Shown here piece after piece: positions 34,267 through 38,054 of a stretch of 38,054 bases of DNA; positions within the stretch are counted from its first letter, which is position 1; each line of letters opens with the position of its first letter. Below the pieces are notes generated by a model that did not search any database, was not told where the DNA came from, and saw nothing but the letters and a program-made list of their open reading frames with translations. A program made the translations under genes and the position numbers. The stretch is from the NCBI GenBank assembly GCA_029210695.1, contig JARGFH010000036.1, positions 1-38,054 on the forward strand, written 5' to 3'. This DNA comes from Acidimicrobiia bacterium. Lineage in GTDB: Bacteria; Actinomycetota; Acidimicrobiia; Spongiisociales; JAHEDJ01.

Positions 34267-35586
34267 CAGATACCCGAACACGGAGTTGCCCGCCGGCAGG
34301 TCCTCAGCGATATGCAGGCACTGCGGATCGATGATGCCGACTGGCAATCCGGGCACACATGGAGCCTCGTGTACCAGGCATCCGAAGAACACACGGAATT
34401 CCTCAAAGAGGCGTACGGCACGCTCTTCTCCGAGAACGGGTTGAATCCGATCGCTTTTCCATCCCTTCGACAATTCGAGGCTGAGGTGGTGCGGATGACC
34501 GCCACGATGCTCAACGGCGATGCGGCGGTGGCCGGGACGATGACCTCGGGCGGGACGGAGAGCCTCCTGATGACCGTCAAGACCTACCGGGATTGGGGTA
34601 GGGCAACCAAAGGTATCGAGCATCCGAACATGATTCTTCCGCGGACGGCCCATGCCGCGTTCGGCAAGGCTGCGCACTATTTCGGCGTTGAGCCCATCTG
34701 GGTGGACATCGCTCCTGATCTGCGAGCCGACGTAGCGGCGATGCAAGCGGCGGTTACTGGAGATACCGTGCTGCTGGTCGGTTCGGCCCCCAACTACCCG
34801 CACGGCATGATTGATCCGATTGAAGAACTCGCCACTGTCGCGATGGAGCGGGAGGTCGGCATGCATGTCGATGCCTGTCTCGGTGGCTTCTTGCTGCCGT
34901 GGGTCGAACGTCTCGGGTATCCGATCCCTCCATTCGATTTCAGGGTGACGGGCGTGACGTCGATGTCGGCCGACGTGCACAAGTACGGATACGCGGCCAA
35001 GGGCGCTTCGACGGTGATGTATCGAAACGCCGAACTCCGGCGGCATCAGTTCCACGTCACGACCGGCTGGCCGGGTGGGATCTATGCCTCACCATCAATG
35101 GCAGGCACGCGGCCCGGCGGAGCGATCGCGGCGGCCTGGGCGGCGCTCAATGCGATGGGACAGGATGGATACCTGGCCATCGCCGAGGAGATCATGTCGG
35201 CCGCCCACCGGCTGATCGACGGCGTGAGTGCGATCGATGGGGTTCGCGTCCTCGGAACCCCACCGGCAAGCGTGTTCGCCTTCGAGTCCGATTCGACCGA
35301 CGTGGACATCTACGCGGTCGGCGACGCGCTGGAGGCCAGGGGCTGGCATATGGACCGGCAGATTGCTCCGGCTTCGCTGCACGTGATGGTGACATCGCCG
35401 GCGCACGGTGACGTTGCCGAGGATTTCCTCGCCGACCTGAGCGCATCTGTTGAGCAGGTGCGGCGCAACCCGGCGGCCTCGCAGCAAGGCCAGGCCGCCC
35501 TGTACGGGATGATGACGACGCTGCCCGATCCGACGATGGTTGACGAAATGGTTCTCCAGATGCTCGACGGCCTCTACTCCACCTGA
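34264..35586 (+). CDS. Sphingosine-1-phosphate lyase-like PLP enzyme (group II decarboxylase fold)
   Basis: ENGLNPIAFPSL..FE.EVV, GTMTSGGTES, GSAPNYPHG.IDPI, HVDACLGGF, SADVHKYGYAAKG.S, WPGG.YASP.MAGTRPG. Confidence 0.82.
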   Translation: MQIPEHGVARRQVLSDMQALRIDDADWQSGHTWSLVYQASEEHTEFLKEAYGTLFSENGLNPIAFPSLRQFEAEVVRMTATMLNGDAAVAGTMTSGGTESLLMTVKTYRDWGRATKGIEHPNMILPRTAHAAFGKAAHYFGVEPIWVDIAPDLRADVAAMQAAVTGDTVLLVGSAPNYPHGMIDPIEELATVAMEREVGMHVDACLGGFLLPWVERLGYPIPPFDFRVTGVTSMSADVHKYGYAAKGASTVMYRNAELRRHQFHVTTGWPGGIYASPSMAGTRPGGAIAAAWAALNAMGQDGYLAIAEEIMSAAHRLIDGVSAIDGVRVLGTPPASVFAFESDSTDVDIYAVGDALEARGWHMDRQIAPASLHVMVTSPAHGDVAEDFLADLSASVEQVRRNPAASQQGQAALYGMMTTLPDPTMVDEMVLQMLDGLYST

Positions 35587-35587
35587 G

Positions 35588-35696
35588 TTTCTCCGCAATG
35601 CAGCGACGTGTGGTGGTCCACTGCATTGCGCAGAAAGTTCCAGTGGTTTTCTCCGCAATGCAATGGCGCGTAGCGGTCCACAGCATTGCTGAGAAA
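35588..35696. repeat. Tandem pair of 49-bp palindromic REP-like units (60-bp period)
   Basis: Units 35588-35636 and 35648-35696 are 40/49 identical, each TTTCTCCGCAATGC...GCATTGC..AGAAA, between convergent genes. Confidence 0.85.
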
Positions 35697-35698
35697 TG

Positions 35699-36808
35699 TC
35701 AGGGTTGGACGAGGTAGGCGATCGCCAGGCCGGCATAGTTGCCGATTGCGTAGCCGAGCACACCGGCAGCCAGGCCGGACACGATGATCCTGCGGTTACT
35801 GATGGCAGCAGCCACCGGCCCGACGAACGCCGGTCCGAAGACCGCGGCGGTGGAAGTGATCAGGACGGTGTCGGTGTCGATGCGAAACAGCCGGGCCAGG
35901 AGGTAATGCAGGAGGATGGAAGCAACGAACACGACGGCGACGAACACGAATACTGTTGAGAATGAGTCGGCGAGTTCGCGGATGTTGGCGAGCGTTCCGA
36001 TCGCGACGGCAAACACCAGCAGAAGGTACTCGCCGGTTTCGTAGGTCCCCGGCAATGCACGAATCCTCGGTACGAACGAGGCGGCCAACCCGAGCGTTGT
36101 GATTCCCAGGATGACGGCCGCCACCGGCAACTCCCCGGTGATCGCAATGAGCAAACCGGCAACGGCCCCGCCGACTACGACGGCCAGGCCGAGCGACATG
36201 ATCACCTGGCGCCACCCATATGGGAGCGGTTCTTCGAACCCACCATCGATTCCCAGGGTGGCGTCATCAAACGGTGGAAGGAATCGGCCGAGCACCCGCC
36301 GGGCGATCGTCATCAGGAACAGCAGGTAGAGGGCGGACAGCACAACATCGGCGCCGTTCATCAACACGAAAGTCTCATCCGTCACGTCTAGCGCCACGCC
36401 GATGGCGCTCATGTTGGGGGTGCCGCCCGTGTAGACACCGACCGTCATGCCGGCCATCTTCCATGTTTCCGGATGGCGCTCTGCCAGAACCCAGGCAGAC
36501 GAGGCCGACACCACCATGACCGAGATAGCCGCCAGGCCGAACGAGATCATTGCCGGTCGGGCGATACGCAACCACTTCCGCACGTCGGTTGAGAAGAGCA
36601 GAAGAGGGATGGCGAGCAAGACCATGGCTTCGCTGACGGTCGTAGCGAAGTCGGTGTCGAGATCGAAGAGGTTCCCGAGTGCAATACCGAACAAGTATGC
36701 GAGCACGATCGGACCGGCCCACTCGAGCACTCGCCACCTCTTTGCTCCCCACCGGGCGAGCGCGGGGAAGCCTATGAACACCAAGCCCAACAGGGCGATC
36801 CCGGCCAA
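35699..36808 (-). CDS. DUF819-family membrane protein
   Basis: About 10-12 TM; LAIPLLLFS.D, VGVYTGGTPNM.AI, ITSTAAVFGPAFV, GYAIGNY.G. TTG start after GAGGAGG. Confidence 0.85.
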   Translation of the reverse strand: MAGIALLGLVFIGFPALARWGAKRWRVLEWAGPIVLAYLFGIALGNLFDLDTDFATTVSEAMVLLAIPLLLFSTDVRKWLRIARPAMISFGLAAISVMVVSASSAWVLAERHPETWKMAGMTVGVYTGGTPNMSAIGVALDVTDETFVLMNGADVVLSALYLLFLMTIARRVLGRFLPPFDDATLGIDGGFEEPLPYGWRQVIMSLGLAVVVGGAVAGLLIAITGELPVAAVILGITTLGLAASFVPRIRALPGTYETGEYLLLVFAVAIGTLANIRELADSFSTVFVFVAVVFVASILLHYLLARLFRIDTDTVLITSTAAVFGPAFVGPVAAAISNRRIIVSGLAAGVLGYAIGNYAGLAIAYLVQP

Positions 36809-36883
36809 ATTCCCTCCTCGATTGCCGACATTGTTGCTGGCCCGACGCTTCGGTGTCGGTTAGATCGAGGTCGGTCTCAGGGA

Positions 36884-36901
36884 TCAGTAGAGTTGTACTG
36901 A
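36884..36901. promoter_or_regulatory. Palindrome overlapping the putative -10 of the USP gene
   Basis: TCAGTA-GAGTTG-TACTGA containing TAGAGT. Confidence 0.4.
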
Positions 36902-36919
36902 AACCGAGTGGAGGAATTG

Positions 36920-37774
36920 ATGCGCCGGGTCGTGGCGGCCGTTGATCTGTCGGGGTTGCGTCGTCGCGTTGCCGATCGGGCTCGCATCATTGCGGAAGAG
37001 CATCACGCCAAGTTGACCCTGCTGCACGCCATCCCGCCGTTGGAGGATGTGTTCCTCAGTGAGGCCGAAGTGACCGCGATGCAGGTGCTGCGGCGAGATT
37101 CGACCGAGCATCTGGCGGAGTGGCTTCGTGAACGAACGGATGTCCACATCGACATCCGCCTCCCGGTGGGTCCGCCCGCGAGAGTGGTGGCAAGCGAGGC
37201 GCGCCATGCCGACCTCGTCGTGGCAGGTACCTCATCACTCGATCCGGCGTCTGTCGGTCCGATGACGCGCCGAATTGCCCGCAAGTCGCGCTCGCACCTC
37301 ATAGCAGTGCGCCGTCAGCCGAGGGTGCCGTACCGGCGGGTGCTGGTCGGCGTCGATCTCTCGCAGCCGTCGGTTGTGGCCGTTGGCTTTGCTTTGGAGC
37401 TGGCGCCGAAGGCGGATATCACCCTCGTGTACTCGCTGCCGGTCAGGTTCGATGCGTTCCTCGGGGAGGCCGGCTTCAAAGATGCCGATCTCGTCATGAG
37501 CCGGTCGAGACGGATGGCCGAAGCGAGCGAGGCTCTGAAGGATTTCGTCGCTCCGTGGGCCGATCGAGTTCGCACGCTCGTGATGGAAGGTCCACCCGGT
37601 CAGAGCATTCAGGAGGTGGTCCGGCAGCGCAGCGCCGACCTGGTGGTCGTCGCCACTCGCGGCGCGTCGGACGACTCGATGGTGCTGCTCGGTACCGTGG
37701 CCGAGGAGGTTCTGGCCACGGCGCCGTGCGATGTGGCCATTGCCCACGTCGGCGGTACATTCCGGCGCCCGTGA
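36920..37774 (+). CDS. Tandem-domain universal stress protein
   Basis: RRVVAAVDLS...ADLVVAG and RRVLVGVDLS...ADLVVVATRG...LLGTVAEEVL..APCDV; GGAGGA SD. Confidence 0.92.
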   Translation: MRRVVAAVDLSGLRRRVADRARIIAEEHHAKLTLLHAIPPLEDVFLSEAEVTAMQVLRRDSTEHLAEWLRERTDVHIDIRLPVGPPARVVASEARHADLVVAGTSSLDPASVGPMTRRIARKSRSHLIAVRRQPRVPYRRVLVGVDLSQPSVVAVGFALELAPKADITLVYSLPVRFDAFLGEAGFKDADLVMSRSRRMAEASEALKDFVAPWADRVRTLVMEGPPGQSIQEVVRQRSADLVVVATRGASDDSMVLLGTVAEEVLATAPCDVAIAHVGGTFRRP

Positions 37775-37844
37775 TTTCGAGGTAGCAGCGGCCTGCAGGA
37801 CGGGTTGTGGTTGGCGGGGTGAGGGGTCGTAGTATCCGGGTGTC

Positions 37845-37919
37845 GGGCCCGTAGCTCAATTCGGTCAGAGCAGCGGACTCATAATCCGTTGGTTGCAGGT
37901 TCAAGTCCTGCCGGGCCCA
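37845..37919 (+). tRNA. tRNA with CAT anticodon, most likely tRNA-Ile2 (lysidine)
   Basis: Acceptor GGGCCCG/CGGGCCC+A; anticodon arm GCGGA-CTCATAA-TCCGT resembles actinobacterial Ile2; lacks initiator features. Confidence 0.9.
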
Positions 37920-37923
37920 CAAA

Positions 37924-37950
37924 CGAAACCCCCGCTCAGCGGGGGTTTCG
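37924..37950 (+). terminator. 12-bp hairpin after the tRNA
   Basis: CGAAACCCCCGC-tca-GCGGGGGTTTCG. Confidence 0.7.
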
Positions 37951-38054
37951 GCGCCTTTGAGGCAGGTCGACGACATCGCCCAGGACGCGCTCAGGACGCG
38001 ATCCGGTCGTGGAGTGGGTGTCTAGGCGGTCCATCAATTCGGCGAGATCACCTT
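37936..38054 (-). CDS. C-terminal fragment of a gene ending at the tRNA 3' end; possibly a tyrosine integrase
   Basis: Open frame GDLAELMDRLDTHSTTGSRPERVLGDVVDLPQRRRNPR* runs in from the window edge. It resembles post-catalytic-Tyr tails of actinobacterial integrases and carries a CAGGACGCG direct repeat. Confidence 0.4.
   Translation of the reverse strand, partial: GDLAELMDRLDTHSTTGSRPERVLGDVVDLPQRRRNPR

Noticed and set aside
35588..35696. CRISPR array
   Set aside because: Only two 49-bp units with an 11-bp gap, no unique spacers of suitable length and no cas genes.
37845..37919. tRNA-Met (initiator or elongator)
   Set aside because: It has a paired G1-C72 and lacks the three consecutive G-C anticodon-stem pairs of the initiator. 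The sequence resembles Ile2, though elongator Met is not fully excluded without a covariance model.

Overview
GC-rich actinobacterial-type chromosomal segment; gene content and style suggest Acidimicrobiia or a relative (inference). A housekeeping backbone (recO-uppS-glyQS ... dnaG-sigma70-YtxH-like-tRNA-Asn ... tRNA-Ile2) is interleaved with accessory blocks. (1) Left edge: a probable IS end interrupting a SirB1-like gene, then phhB, a DinB protein and a DUF222-HNH gene with a PafBC/RecA-NDp-type promoter and REP-like hairpins. (2) Between glyQS and dnaG: LacI plus an alpha-glucoside ABC transporter, a threonine-synthase-like gene bracketed by a 115-bp duplicated VIT1 3' end, and a stand-alone sucrose-phosphate synthase. 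(3) About 20 kb between the two tRNAs: two lipoproteins, a beta-propeller surface protein, MarR-MFS, a three-gene module (YLDPG microprotein, NoeA-like kinase-methyltransferase, Thr-nucleophile LtaS-like membrane transferase), a complete oleA-oleBC-oleD olefin cluster, an orphan RsrA-like anti-sigma with a sigmaR-type promoter, a CBM48 protein, a sphingosine-1-phosphate-lyase-like enzyme, a REP doublet, DUF819 and a USP. (4) Right edge: a possible integrase C-terminus facing tRNA-Ile2. The best candidate for an undescribed system is the YLDPG/NoeA/LtaS-like surface-modification module. All calls come from manual motif reading; no database searches were run.
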